Shown here: one piece after another, positions 26,979 through 36,249 of the stretch
Position numbering within the stretch: the first letter of the stretch is position 1
How the letters are laid out: each line of letters begins with the position of its first letter
Assembly (NCBI GenBank): GCA_021107435.1
Contig: JAIOSV010000089.1
Location: 39,388-103,387, forward strand
Origin: Candidatus Sabulitectum sp.
GTDB lineage: Bacteria > Fermentibacterota > Fermentibacteria > Fermentibacterales > JCC-6
Direction: 5' to 3'
DNA length: 64,000 nt
The notes under the pieces: model-generated
Told to the model about the DNA's origin: nothing
Databases searched by the model: none
Seen by the model: only the letters and a program-made list of their open reading frames with translations
Program-made: the position numbers and the translations under genes

Positions 26979-28274
26979 CTAAATAACACCGAAAAGCAGA
27001 CCGCTCACCGTGGCCATAACAACTACCAGGACAACGAAAGTAACTGTTTTCTTTATTCCCATTACACTTCTGATAACAAGCATGTTGGGCAGACTCAGCG
27101 CCGGTCCCGCCAGCAGCAGAGCAAGTGCCGGGCCCTTGCCCATTCCGCTGCCGATAAGTCCCTGAAGAATCGGTATCTCTGTAAGTGTCGCGAAGTACAT
27201 GAACGCTCCGGCTATTGAGGCAAAGAGATTTGCCCGCAACGAGTTCCCGCCCACTGCAGCTTCAATCCACGAGGAGGGAATAAGCCCTTCGTAACCCACT
27301 CTGCCGAGAAGCATACCTGCCACAAAGACACCGGCAAGCAGTAAAGGCAGAATCTGTCTTGCAAAACCGAATGTTGCCTCAAACCATTCAGAGCCTTCCC
27401 CGCCGCCACTCGCAAGAACCACGGAAAGGCCCAGCATTCCCACCACAAATGGAATCGTGATTCCTCCTGGAGCAAGCAGGGAAGCCAGAACAACAGGTAC
27501 GATAAGAGCAATGATCTTCCACACCTTTATCTTCATCCACAGCACCAGAACAACTCCAAGTGCGACGGCCAAAACCGACAGTATAGGACCCTTCATTGCC
27601 CAGACGGTATTCTGGAAGCTGTCTGTGCAATTGCATCCACCCCAGGTTACAGTAACCATTATGGCAACCAGGATAAAGAAAAATACAGCATTCTTCCATA
27701 AGGCTCTACCACTGTCTTCTGAAGATACCACCGGAACTGCGACCATCCTCTTCGCGTCATCTTTTCTGAAGATCAGATGCATCAGAAGTCCGATCACAAC
27801 ACTGAATATCACCGCCCCGACAGCTCTGGCTATCCCAATCTCCATTCCAAGGACACGGGCAGTCAGAATTATTGCAAGTACATTGATAGCGGGGCCGGAA
27901 TACAGGAAAGCAGTAGCAGGACCAAGACCCGCACCCATCCTGTAAATACCTGCAAAAAGGGGAAGAACAGTACAGGAACACACTGCGAGGATTGAGCCGG
28001 AAACTGAAGCCACGCTATAAGCAACAACCTTTTTCGCACCGGCTCCGAGGTACTTCATCACAGAGCCCTGGCTGACAAAAACACTGATGGCTCCGGCTAT
28101 GAAGAATGCGGGAAGCAGGCACAGAAGCACATGTTCCCTGGCATACCACCTGGCAAGCTCCAGAGCTTCCAGCACAGAGTAATCAAACCTGTCTTTCCCT
28201 ACCGGCAGGAAATAAATACCAAGGAATATCCCCACTATCCAGGCCAGGGCTTTCCACTCCTTTTTCCAGTTCAT
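26979..28274 (-). CDS. DUF318/ArsP-like permease
   Basis: 431-aa multi-TM protein with an AVCSCTVLPLFAG motif (compare the ArsP TPFCSCS motif). Its start overlaps the arsR stop as ATGA. Confidence 0.65.
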   Translation of the reverse strand: MNWKKEWKALAWIVGIFLGIYFLPVGKDRFDYSVLEALELARWYAREHVLLCLLPAFFIAGAISVFVSQGSVMKYLGAGAKKVVAYSVASVSGSILAVCSCTVLPLFAGIYRMGAGLGPATAFLYSGPAINVLAIILTARVLGMEIGIARAVGAVIFSVVIGLLMHLIFRKDDAKRMVAVPVVSSEDSGRALWKNAVFFFILVAIMVTVTWGGCNCTDSFQNTVWAMKGPILSVLAVALGVVLVLWMKIKVWKIIALIVPVVLASLLAPGGITIPFVVGMLGLSVVLASGGGEGSEWFEATFGFARQILPLLLAGVFVAGMLLGRVGYEGLIPSSWIEAAVGGNSLRANLFASIAGAFMYFATLTEIPILQGLIGSGMGKGPALALLLAGPALSLPNMLVIRSVMGIKKTVTFVVLVVVMATVSGLLFGVI

Positions 28275-28609
28275 TCCACCCTCTCCCTGCTGATCAGGTA
28301 TTCAGTCTCAAGTTTCACATTCATTTTTACTGCCTCATCAAAACAACTGAGAAAACCAAGAATGCAGGGAGTTCTCAAGCTGTAGTAAACCTGTTTCCCG
28401 TTCTTTCTGTAGTCCACTATTCCAGCGTTGCGAAGAACAGACAGATGCCGGGAAATCGTAGAATAGTCCAGATCAAGAACCTTATTGAATTCACAGACGC
28501 AGAGTTCGCCCTCGGCAAGCTTCTCCACCATCCAGATTCTGTACGGGTTTGCAAGAGCTTTCAACGTCTCCGTTCTCTTCCTGTAAAAGTGCATTTCCTC
28601 CGGTTTCAT
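28271..28609 (-). CDS. arsR: ArsR/SmtB-family metalloregulator
   Basis: It has a winged-HTH with an ELCVCEF metal(loid)-binding Cys pair, followed by DLDYSTISRHLSVLRNAGIV. Confidence 0.8.
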   Translation of the reverse strand: MKPEEMHFYRKRTETLKALANPYRIWMVEKLAEGELCVCEFNKVLDLDYSTISRHLSVLRNAGIVDYRKNGKQVYYSLRTPCILGFLSCFDEAVKMNVKLETEYLISRERVE

Positions 28610-28618
28610 GGCATCCTT

Positions 28619-28665
28619 TCGTATTTATGCAATTATATGCAAATGTACATAAATGGCAATACCAG
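28619..28665. promoter_or_regulatory. Candidate ArsR operator / divergent promoter region
   Basis: AT-rich intergenic ATTTATGCAATTATATGCAAATGTACATAAAT with a repeated ATGCAA half-site and overall dyad symmetry. It lies between divergent arsR and the cupin gene. Confidence 0.3.
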
Positions 28666-28722
28666 TTGCACACAAAGCAGAAATCCATCAGAATATCGAA
28701 ACCAGAAACGAATGGAGACAAA

Positions 28723-29082
28723 ATGAGAAATCAGATTCTCAACGATCACAGAGACAACAGGGGATTCGTGGTTAACCCCTTTGAACACCTTGCAAACACA
28801 GGAGACATCAGCAACTGCCACGCATTCTCAATAGAACCGGGATGCACAAGGGGCAACCACACCCATCCTGCCCGTAACGAGCAGATACTGGTGCTTTCAG
28901 GAGACATCACAGTAAAACAGAAGGACGGGAATACAACTCTGTCCGCAAAGACTCCCTCTATTCTCACCATTCCCCGGGGAATCAGGCACACCTTTGAAAA
29001 CAACACAAAGGAAATCGCAGTGGCAATCTGCTGGAGCAGTAATCGAGAGGAGGGCTACACCGGAGACGACACAGTCCGGTAG
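28723..29082 (+). CDS. Cupin-domain protein
   Basis: Start is taken at ATG 28723 (MRNQILNDH). The segment G.HTHPARNEQILVLSGDITV…IPRGIRHTF fits the cupin two-motif pattern. The upstream part of the track ORF overlaps arsR antisense. Confidence 0.55.
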   Translation: MRNQILNDHRDNRGFVVNPFEHLANTGDISNCHAFSIEPGCTRGNHTHPARNEQILVLSGDITVKQKDGNTTLSAKTPSILTIPRGIRHTFENNTKEIAVAICWSSNREEGYTGDDTVR

Positions 29083-29084
29083 AT

Positions 29085-30854
29085 TTACAACAACCCGTGA
29101 ACCAGCGAAAGACCGGTAATCGCGACAACAGCACAAATCAATTTCAGAGGCAGCCCAGCTTTCAGGAAATCATTAATACGGTAACCTCCGGGACCGTAAA
29201 TCATCAGGTTTGTCTGATAACCAACAGGCGTAATGAAGTTCGCCGCAGCGCCGTAAGCTACCGCAAGATAGAAGGGCGTCCCGTCAATGCCCAGAGCTGC
29301 GACTGAGGCCGCCGCGAAGGGGAATACGATTGTCGCGGCAGCAGTGGTTGTGATCAATTCCGCAAGGATGTTGGTGGTAAGGTAAACCGCGGCCAGCACC
29401 CCCACAACTCCCAGAGGTTCGAACCATGTAACAACGGAACCGGCCAGTAACTCTCCGAGACCTGTGACCTGCACTGCCCTGCCAACAGCAATGGCAAATG
29501 CCGCGATTACAAGCAGATCCATGTTGATCATATTCTTTAGCTCACTTGAAGAAACAATCCTCAAGATCAGAAAAACCGCAATAAGGGCAAGAAGAGAATT
29601 GAAGAGAGGAACGATTCCGAATATGCTCAGAAGTATGCAGGAAAAACTTGAAGCTGTGATGAATATGGATTTCTTTATGTCGATGTTGTGTATCTGTCTG
29701 ATCATGGATATAACGAAGAAATCTTCAGTATCTATGGCAGATCCGGCAAAATCATCACCGGTGACAAGCAGAAGAAGATCACCTGATCGAAGCTTCGTAT
29801 CTCCGATCTTGCCTTCCTGCCTTCTACCCTGCCTGTGAACTGCAAGAATCGCGGCATCGTACCTGCCTCGGAAATTTGTATTACTGACTTTCTCTCCGAT
29901 AAGAGATGATTCGGCTGATACAACAACTTTTACTACATGTATTTTTTCTGCTTCGGGAAAAGCCTCCTCCCCTGCCAGAGAAAGCCCCTTTCTACCGGCA
30001 GCAAGCTCCGCAACAGCGGATATCCTTCCCGCGAGCAGAAGCTGGTCTCCTGCCTCCAGCACTTCATGAGGAACCACCGGTGCAATTACAGAATCACCTC
30101 GGAGTATCTCAACCAGGAAGAGATCTTTCAGGCTTCTAAGGCTTGCTGATTCTACAGTTTTTCCAACAAGATCTGAACCGGCTTCAACAATCAGGTTGGA
30201 TATGTATTCTCTGGGACTTTCCGCGAGCTTTTCTGAAGGGCTTTTTCGCACAGGAAGTGTTTTGTATCCAAAAACGAGCACATACCCCATGCCGCCGGCA
30301 AACAGCATCAGCCCAACAGGAGTAAAGTCAAGGATTGAGAGCCCTGCTTCTCCAGTTCCTACTACAAGGCTGTTCACGATCATATTGGTGGACGTACCGA
30401 TAAGGGTAACCATGCCGCCAAGAATCGCAGCCCACGACAAGGGCATCAACAGCCTGGATGCCGGAACATTGTGTCTGCTCCCCCAGTCGCTCACAAACGG
30501 AATCATCATAGCGACAACCGGGGTGTTGTTCATGAAAGCAGAACTTCCGCCAACAAAAGGCATCATCTGAGAAAGGAACGATCTGTAGCTGTTTGAAGGC
30601 TTCAGCCTTACCTCAAATATCCACTGAACAAAACCGGTTCTCCAGATAATCTGACTGATGATAAGCAGCATAAGCATTACTGCGATAGCATTGTTCCCAA
30701 AACCGGCAAGAGCTTCAAAAGGTGAGATAATACCTGAAAAGGTAAGAACCGCGGCAGCGGAAAGGAATATCACAGGAGGAGACAGTTTTCTTGAATACAG
30801 CAATACAACAATCGCCGCAAGCACTGCTACAACGAAATACTGTGAGCCACTCAT
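29085..30854 (-). CDS. SLC13/DASS (CitMHS-like) family permease with two internal TrkA-C domains
   Basis: It has N- and C-terminal transporter halves (…NTPVVAMMIPFV… and …TNMIVNS… hairpin motifs). Two central TrkA_C-like regulatory domains are present (IVEAGSDLVGKTV…, VVSAESSLIGEKV…). Confidence 0.7.
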   Translation of the reverse strand: MSGSQYFVVAVLAAIVVLLYSRKLSPPVIFLSAAAVLTFSGIISPFEALAGFGNNAIAVMLMLLIISQIIWRTGFVQWIFEVRLKPSNSYRSFLSQMMPFVGGSSAFMNNTPVVAMMIPFVSDWGSRHNVPASRLLMPLSWAAILGGMVTLIGTSTNMIVNSLVVGTGEAGLSILDFTPVGLMLFAGGMGYVLVFGYKTLPVRKSPSEKLAESPREYISNLIVEAGSDLVGKTVESASLRSLKDLFLVEILRGDSVIAPVVPHEVLEAGDQLLLAGRISAVAELAAGRKGLSLAGEEAFPEAEKIHVVKVVVSAESSLIGEKVSNTNFRGRYDAAILAVHRQGRRQEGKIGDTKLRSGDLLLLVTGDDFAGSAIDTEDFFVISMIRQIHNIDIKKSIFITASSFSCILLSIFGIVPLFNSLLALIAVFLILRIVSSSELKNMINMDLLVIAAFAIAVGRAVQVTGLGELLAGSVVTWFEPLGVVGVLAAVYLTTNILAELITTTAAATIVFPFAAASVAALGIDGTPFYLAVAYGAAANFITPVGYQTNLMIYGPGGYRINDFLKAGLPLKLICAVVAITGLSLVHGLL

Positions 30855-31416
30855 TCTCCACCCTCCTGAACGTTTACTCCGAACTGATAAATAGCACCGA
30901 ACCCCAAGTAAAGCAAATTTGAAACTCATCGCTCATCTCCAGTAGCGGTTTCCGCAAGCCGATGACCGGAGGGAGTGATGTAATGTTGATTCCCATGGTT
31001 CTGCTATAACTTCATTAACATCACTGTCTGTATCCGATCCGATGTTCAGAACAACGGGAAGATTGATCTTCTTTTTTCAGATGTGCTCTCACGGGGTTCA
31101 CTCTCCTTCAATGTACTTCGTTACTCGTTTCACCGGAAGTACTCGAAGACGCTGCTGTTGGCGAACTTTCGATGACGAACGGGCATTAACCAATTTCAAC
31201 TCTGTTCTTTCCCTGAACCCGGAGAATGTACTGGAAACATGGTATCTCAGCATGCGTTATCAAGATATTCCCGCTTCACTCTTAAAGCTGCAGACCAGCA
31301 AGACTGTGGTAACATTGACTGTGGGGAGTTTCAGGTATTATCATCATTAAGGCGGATGTAGAAATTGAGAAAAATAAGGGGCAGATGAGTACCATCAGGA
31401 GGGCACCTCGAGTTGC

Positions 31417-32964
31417 ATGAAATCCAGTTCCCTATTCGCTATTGCTGATATTGGCATGCATACTAATCGATTTCAAATAATATTCATCAATACTCTCCTT
31501 TTTCTTTCATACATGGCAACAGCAGGCATCCTGATTACGCTTGTCTCTTCAAGAAGCAGTCATCCTGTTGTTCTTAATCAATATTCGCTCACTCTCGCCA
31601 TGGCTATCATTTCCATTTTCGTTTTCCTGTTCACATCCGGATTAATTCTTGGATGGAAAAGAAGAACATACCGGCAATTCCTCGCTGCACTCGTAATGAG
31701 ATTCGGCATCCTTCCCGAACTGATGACTATCATCATATGCCTTACATCTGCGTTCATCCTGATTGCAGGAGCCGCACTGACTCCTCTGCTGAGTAAACCA
31801 TTTTTCGCGTTGAGTCTTTCTGTATTACTGGCATCTATAATACTCATCATCCCTGTACTCATGAGCGGAGAAAGAAGAAAATCCTTCGCTGGACGAATGG
31901 GCGGATTCTTCATTGGTCTTATTATCTCTCTGATAATGGTAGAGTTGTTTCTCCATATCGCTTTACCGAACAGCATATACCATCCATCCCTTGACCTGAG
32001 ACCAAACCTGAAGTTTGAGATACTGAATAACATTCCGGGAGTCGCAAACACCAGTTACCACTCCACAAACAGTATCGGTTTAAGAGGAGAAGAGCCTCCC
32101 GAAGAGTGGGATGAGTATTTCACCATTATCACTGTTGGCGGCAGTACAACTCATTGTTTCTATCTCGATGACCGGCAAACCTGGCCTCATCATCTTCAGG
32201 AAAACCTGAGAGCCCGGAAGAACAGAATCTGGGTTGGCAACGGGGGTCTCATTGGACACACGACAAGAGGACATATCATATTCATGAGAGAAGTCATACC
32301 CCGGTTGAACCCGGATATGGTGATAGTCCTGTGCGGGATAAATGACCTGGGACTTTCCCTCAAACCGAATGTCTCCCGGGAGGGGGTCCCCTGGGAGCAG
32401 GCCAGCATTGGCGACAGAATCCTTGCCTCAAGTCGACTTCTCCAGGTACTCGACAGATGGAAGCGAATACAGTTCGAAGATGCCTTAGTAATCACAGAGA
32501 ACCTGCCCCGACCTTATATTCATACCGTTCTCGAATCTCCGGAGGTTCAACTCCCTCCCGATCTGAAGACCATACTTCCGTCTCTGCCAGAATATGAATC
32601 GAATATCCGCACAATCATTCATCAGGCCCGGGAAGCAGATACGAGAATACTTTTCCTAACTCAACCACTCCTATTCGAAGACAATGAGTACTGGCACGGC
32701 ATTCAGGGAGAATCGTACTGGTTTGGAACATCAGGCATGGTCTGTTCAGCTTCATCAATGTGGCAAATGCTTAACATGTTCAACACAAAACTCAAGCAGG
32801 TCTGCCGTGAAGAGGGAGTTTCATGTTTTGATCTGGCAACTGCCCTTGGACATGAGAATGCCTTTTTTGTAGATGAAATGCATTTTTCGGAAGCCGGAAC
32901 CATGGAGATCTCAAATCTGGTTTCAGAATTTCTAATCGAAGAAGACATTGTACAGAACAAATAA
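31417..32964 (+). CDS. Membrane-anchored SGNH/GDSL-family hydrolase
   Basis: The N-terminal ~170 aa have 4-5 TM helices. The C-terminus has SGNH blocks: ITVGGSTTHC (block I), GNGG (II), LCGINDLG (III, GxND) and DEMHFSEAG (V, DxxH). The start is one of several ATG codons between 31417 and 31513. Confidence 0.6.
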   Translation: MKSSSLFAIADIGMHTNRFQIIFINTLLFLSYMATAGILITLVSSRSSHPVVLNQYSLTLAMAIISIFVFLFTSGLILGWKRRTYRQFLAALVMRFGILPELMTIIICLTSAFILIAGAALTPLLSKPFFALSLSVLLASIILIIPVLMSGERRKSFAGRMGGFFIGLIISLIMVELFLHIALPNSIYHPSLDLRPNLKFEILNNIPGVANTSYHSTNSIGLRGEEPPEEWDEYFTIITVGGSTTHCFYLDDRQTWPHHLQENLRARKNRIWVGNGGLIGHTTRGHIIFMREVIPRLNPDMVIVLCGINDLGLSLKPNVSREGVPWEQASIGDRILASSRLLQVLDRWKRIQFEDALVITENLPRPYIHTVLESPEVQLPPDLKTILPSLPEYESNIRTIIHQAREADTRILFLTQPLLFEDNEYWHGIQGESYWFGTSGMVCSASSMWQMLNMFNTKLKQVCREEGVSCFDLATALGHENAFFVDEMHFSEAGTMEISNLVSEFLIEEDIVQNK

Positions 32965-33053
32965 AATAGTTGAAAAATAGCACAGAAGAAAAGTCATAAG
33001 GATCTTGAAGTGAGAAAACGGGTCAGGCGATCCGGATAAAACTGTTGAAGAAT

Positions 33054-33791
33054 TCAGGAATCGGGCCCGAAAAACTCGATCTGCAGATTAACCGGAGAGG
33101 TACGTCCCGGTGGCATGGGGGGTATGCTGGCGCTGTTCAATGCATGGGTTACGGCTCTGTCAAAACCGCTGTCTCCGCTTGTTCTTACCACCTCATAAGA
33201 ATGAGAACCGTCCAGATTGACAGTAAAACCAATACGGTAGCTTTGTGAAGGATTTACAGATGTCCTGAAATTCCTTCTTATCGCACTGAAGACTCTACCC
33301 TCATAGCTGGCCGGGCCAGGCGCTCCGCTTCCAGCTTCACCCTCTGAACCAACGCCGATAAAATCAGTGCTCTGCTGTGGAGTTATTTCCTCTTCAACCT
33401 GCTCAGGAATTACTTCCACTGCCTCCTGCACCTCTTCCACTTCCACTGCCTCTGACTCGACAGGTTCCTCGATTACTTCTACAACTTCTTCCGGAACTAC
33501 CTCTGCCGGATTGTGAATTACTTCCGGAACGACCTCTGTCTGACTGTCGCCAGTATCCAGTACGATCATCTCAACAGAGACGAAATCGCCACCACCCATG
33601 GGAATGGTCTCCCTGCTGCCAGCAATCAGTCCTGCCAGGACAAGAAGAAGAAGAATTCCAGTGTGAATACCGGCAGACAGGTAAAAGTCACCCTTGCGGT
33701 GGTAACCCTGTGATCTTTGCGGTTTAAGAAAGGGGTTACTCGACTCCACTTGCTGACTCCTGAATGAGGCCGACATTGGCATAACCTCCAC
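33054..33791 (-). CDS. TonB/TolA-family energy transducer
   Basis: It has an N-terminal TM anchor (ILLLLVLAGLIAG) and an E/V/P-rich linker (EVVPEEVVEVIEEPVESEAVEVEEV…). The C-terminal TonB_C-like domain includes YP..A…GRV. Confidence 0.65.
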   Translation of the reverse strand: MEVMPMSASFRSQQVESSNPFLKPQRSQGYHRKGDFYLSAGIHTGILLLLVLAGLIAGSRETIPMGGGDFVSVEMIVLDTGDSQTEVVPEVIHNPAEVVPEEVVEVIEEPVESEAVEVEEVQEAVEVIPEQVEEEITPQQSTDFIGVGSEGEAGSGAPGPASYEGRVFSAIRRNFRTSVNPSQSYRIGFTVNLDGSHSYEVVRTSGDSGFDRAVTHALNSASIPPMPPGRTSPVNLQIEFFGPDS

Positions 33792-34149
33792 GCCTGAGTT
33801 CTGTCAGTGCTCCAGCGAGGATGGCATACTGTACCTGACCGTCAGCTCTCAGATATGCCTCTGATCTCCCGGAAAAAAGAGCTGCCTCTGCAAGAAATGC
33901 AAGATCTTCAGGTGCAACTGACTCTCCTGCCACTGACATATTTCCAAGTTCATCCATTTCAACAACAAGAGAGGTACCGGGATCCAGTCTTCGAATGATC
34001 TGCCCCTGATCGGAGGAGGGCGGTGTAACATCAGTACTTCTCTGCATAACAGGTGCGCTCAGCATAAAGATAACAAGCAGAACAAAAGTAACATCCACAA
34101 GGTTTGTCACATTGATGGAAGAGAACTGCCTGTACCTCTGTCTTATCAT
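33736..34149 (-). CDS. Biopolymer transport protein ExbD/TolR
   Basis: 137-aa protein whose N-terminus INVTNLVDVTFVLLVIFML matches the ExbD/TolR TM consensus. Confidence 0.75.
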   Translation of the reverse strand: MIRQRYRQFSSINVTNLVDVTFVLLVIFMLSAPVMQRSTDVTPPSSDQGQIIRRLDPGTSLVVEMDELGNMSVAGESVAPEDLAFLAEAALFSGRSEAYLRADGQVQYAILAGALTELRRGGYANVGLIQESASGVE

Positions 34150-34814
34150 TGTATTGATCCTCTTCGGCAGACATCCACAAGCTCACTCAAAAATCTATCC
34201 ATTTCACCGGCAAGATCATCAACCTTGCCCACTGCGTAGTTATGGAAAACATTGGCGGGGATAGCAGCTAAAAGTCCCGCAACTGTGGTTGTAAGCGCTG
34301 CGGCCACTCCGGCTCCAACAGCACTGATATCCGCAACTCCTGCTTCCCGCATGGCAATAAAGCTGGCAAGTACTCCCCACACGGTTCCCAGGAGGCCGAG
34401 AAGAGGGCTGACACTGGTTACCGTGGCCAGGAAACCGATGTTGCGGCTTCTGTGAGCGAGGTCCTCGCTGGCTTCCCTTTCCAGGGCACTGTGCAGGATC
34501 GCCACCTCGTCCCGATTCAGTGGTTCAGTTCGCCCCTGATCTTTTCTGCGACTGAGATACCTTCCGGCTTCAGTGTACATTCTCGCCAGAGGACCCATGT
34601 CTCCGGAACTCTTGAGAAAATCGCCTCCCGGAGGATGCCCTGTGGTTCTCAGTGCCTCCATGAAAGTCCGGGATGAACCCATTATCCGGCGCAGTTCCTT
34701 GAGCTTGGCTATAGCTACTGCCCATGATCCTACAGACAGGATAAGAATGAGTAGGAGTATGAACTTGGTAAAACCATCTGAACCTGCCACAGTTGACCAG
34801 ACCTGACCCAGCAT
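34146..34814 (-). CDS. MotA/TolQ/ExbB proton-channel protein
   Basis: 3-TM protein with a GLLGTVWG…F motif that matches ExbB/TolQ. Confidence 0.75.
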   Translation of the reverse strand: MLGQVWSTVAGSDGFTKFILLLILILSVGSWAVAIAKLKELRRIMGSSRTFMEALRTTGHPPGGDFLKSSGDMGPLARMYTEAGRYLSRRKDQGRTEPLNRDEVAILHSALEREASEDLAHRSRNIGFLATVTSVSPLLGLLGTVWGVLASFIAMREAGVADISAVGAGVAAALTTTVAGLLAAIPANVFHNYAVGKVDDLAGEMDRFLSELVDVCRRGSIQ

Positions 34815-34815
34815 T

Positions 34816-35211
34816 CTATCTCTCTTTCAGTCTTGCCACGGCCTCTATTTCAACCCTGGCATTCAATGGAAGTTTTGCCACCTGAAAAGCTGCACGAGCA
34901 GGATATGGTTGCTTAAAGAATTCGGAATACGCCCTGTTCATTGCAGCAAAATCACTCATATCTGCAAGGAGAACCGTTGTTTTCACAATATCATCCAGAC
35001 ATCCACCGGCCTCAGCTATTATTTTTTCAATACTTTCCAGAGCCAGACGGGTCTGTTCCTCCACTGTTTCACTCAGTTTCCCTGTTTTCAAATCCATACC
35101 CAGCTGCCCGCTGATAAAAACAAGTGAGCCTGTAAGAACAGCCTGACTGTACGGACCCACAGGTTCAGCAGCCTCTCTGGAGAATACAGCGGTTTTTATC
35201 TTCTCTACCAT
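34816..35211 (-). CDS. ridA: RidA/YjgF-family reactive-intermediate deaminase
   Basis: 131-aa protein with the motifs PVGPYSQAV, FISGQ and AR..F.VA.LP…VEIE of the RidA/L-PSP family. Confidence 0.85.
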   Translation of the reverse strand: MVEKIKTAVFSREAAEPVGPYSQAVLTGSLVFISGQLGMDLKTGKLSETVEEQTRLALESIEKIIAEAGGCLDDIVKTTVLLADMSDFAAMNRAYSEFFKQPYPARAAFQVAKLPLNARVEIEAVARLKER

Positions 35212-35265
35212 GAAAAACCTCCGGAGTGTCGATCAATATACACCACCGGAGAGTCTTCTGTTCCA

Positions 35266-36249
35266 TTACTGCCCAAGGGCAGTATTCAGAGACTCAAACA
35301 ATTCTCGAACAGTATAAGGTTTTGGAAGAACCGCCTTAAAGCCAAATGAGCTGTAGTTCCTCATGATATCGCTTCCGGCAAAACCGCTGGAGAGAATTAC
35401 CACAGCATCAGGATCCATCTCAAGAAGGAACTTGATGACTTCGGTTCCTCCCATCCCCTCTGGAGTAGCAAGATTTAAAATAACTGCACCGTACGGATTT
35501 CCGTTTCTCATTGCTGTTCCGTACTTATTCAGAGCAGCTTTCCCTTCTGAAACCACATCAACACAGTAACCCAGAGTGCAGAGCATACCGATAGCTGTAT
35601 CTGCCACGAAAGGGTTGTCATCCAGAAACAGAAGCCTTCCGTTATTTAGCTCATTCCCTGGAAACAGCCGCTTCTGCCTGCTTGATTGCGATTCTGCCCG
35701 CCTGGATACTGGAATGATTTCTCCCCTGGAGAATGTAAGCATTCTGCCCGTAAGATGTCTTGCTCTGATGGCTCCGCTTTCAGCATTATCAAGCATCAAA
35801 TTAAACTGCTCTCTGGTATCCACTTCTTCTCTGAGAACACTCAGGGAGCCAAGGATACCGGTAAGTATGTTGTTGAAAGCATGAGCTACGTGGCCAACCA
35901 GAAGCTTTATATTCTCTCTCCTGATGTCGTCTTCAGGAAACCCGTTCGCGGAAACATCAAATATGCTCATGTAGTATATGCGCTTTTCCTGCCTGACAAC
36001 ATTGTCAACCATGACCACCACTTCGGAAATAATTCCTGAACTGCGGTAAAAACGGCTTATGGCATAGTCTCGTTCTCCTGTTAGAATATCACTGAGCTTG
36101 CAATTGCTCTGAAGAAAATCATAAAGATGTCTACCCTTCATATCCTCATATTTCAAACCGGAAAACTCGCAGGCTTTGCTGTTGCAGTCAAGAATCACAC
36201 AGGATTCATCAACTTGAAAAACCGGAATTGTATTATTACTGAGAGGCAT
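35266..36249 (-). CDS. PAS-HisKA-REC protein lacking a HATPase_c domain
   Basis: The N-terminal ~110 aa are PAS-like. VGHVAHAFNNILTGILGS is the H-box of a DHp/HisKA domain. The C-terminal ~120 aa are a receiver domain (LLFLDDNPFV…KPY). About 45 aa separate the DHp and REC domains, which leaves no room for an ATP-binding catalytic domain. Confidence 0.65.
   Translation of the reverse strand: MPLSNNTIPVFQVDESCVILDCNSKACEFSGLKYEDMKGRHLYDFLQSNCKLSDILTGERDYAISRFYRSSGIISEVVVMVDNVVRQEKRIYYMSIFDVSANGFPEDDIRRENIKLLVGHVAHAFNNILTGILGSLSVLREEVDTREQFNLMLDNAESGAIRARHLTGRMLTFSRGEIIPVSRRAESQSSRQKRLFPGNELNNGRLLFLDDNPFVADTAIGMLCTLGYCVDVVSEGKAALNKYGTAMRNGNPYGAVILNLATPEGMGGTEVIKFLLEMDPDAVVILSSGFAGSDIMRNYSSFGFKAVLPKPYTVRELFESLNTALGQ

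Noticed and set aside
31042-31350. 102-aa plus ORF in the 30930-31416 gap
   Set aside because: It has no RBS, an odd composition (RRRCCWRT) and no domain. It is kept only as part of the gap observation.
33377-33727. Plus ORF with PLPLPLPL/ELP repeats
   Set aside because: It is the complement of the E/V-rich TonB linker. It is a low-complexity artefact.
33054-34814. Calling these genes tolQ-tolR-tolA of the Tol-Pal system
   Set aside because: They are separated by ~7 kb and several unrelated genes from ybgF-pal-tolB. The ExbB/ExbD/TonB versus TolQ/R/A distinction cannot be made from motifs alone, so they are left as family-level calls.
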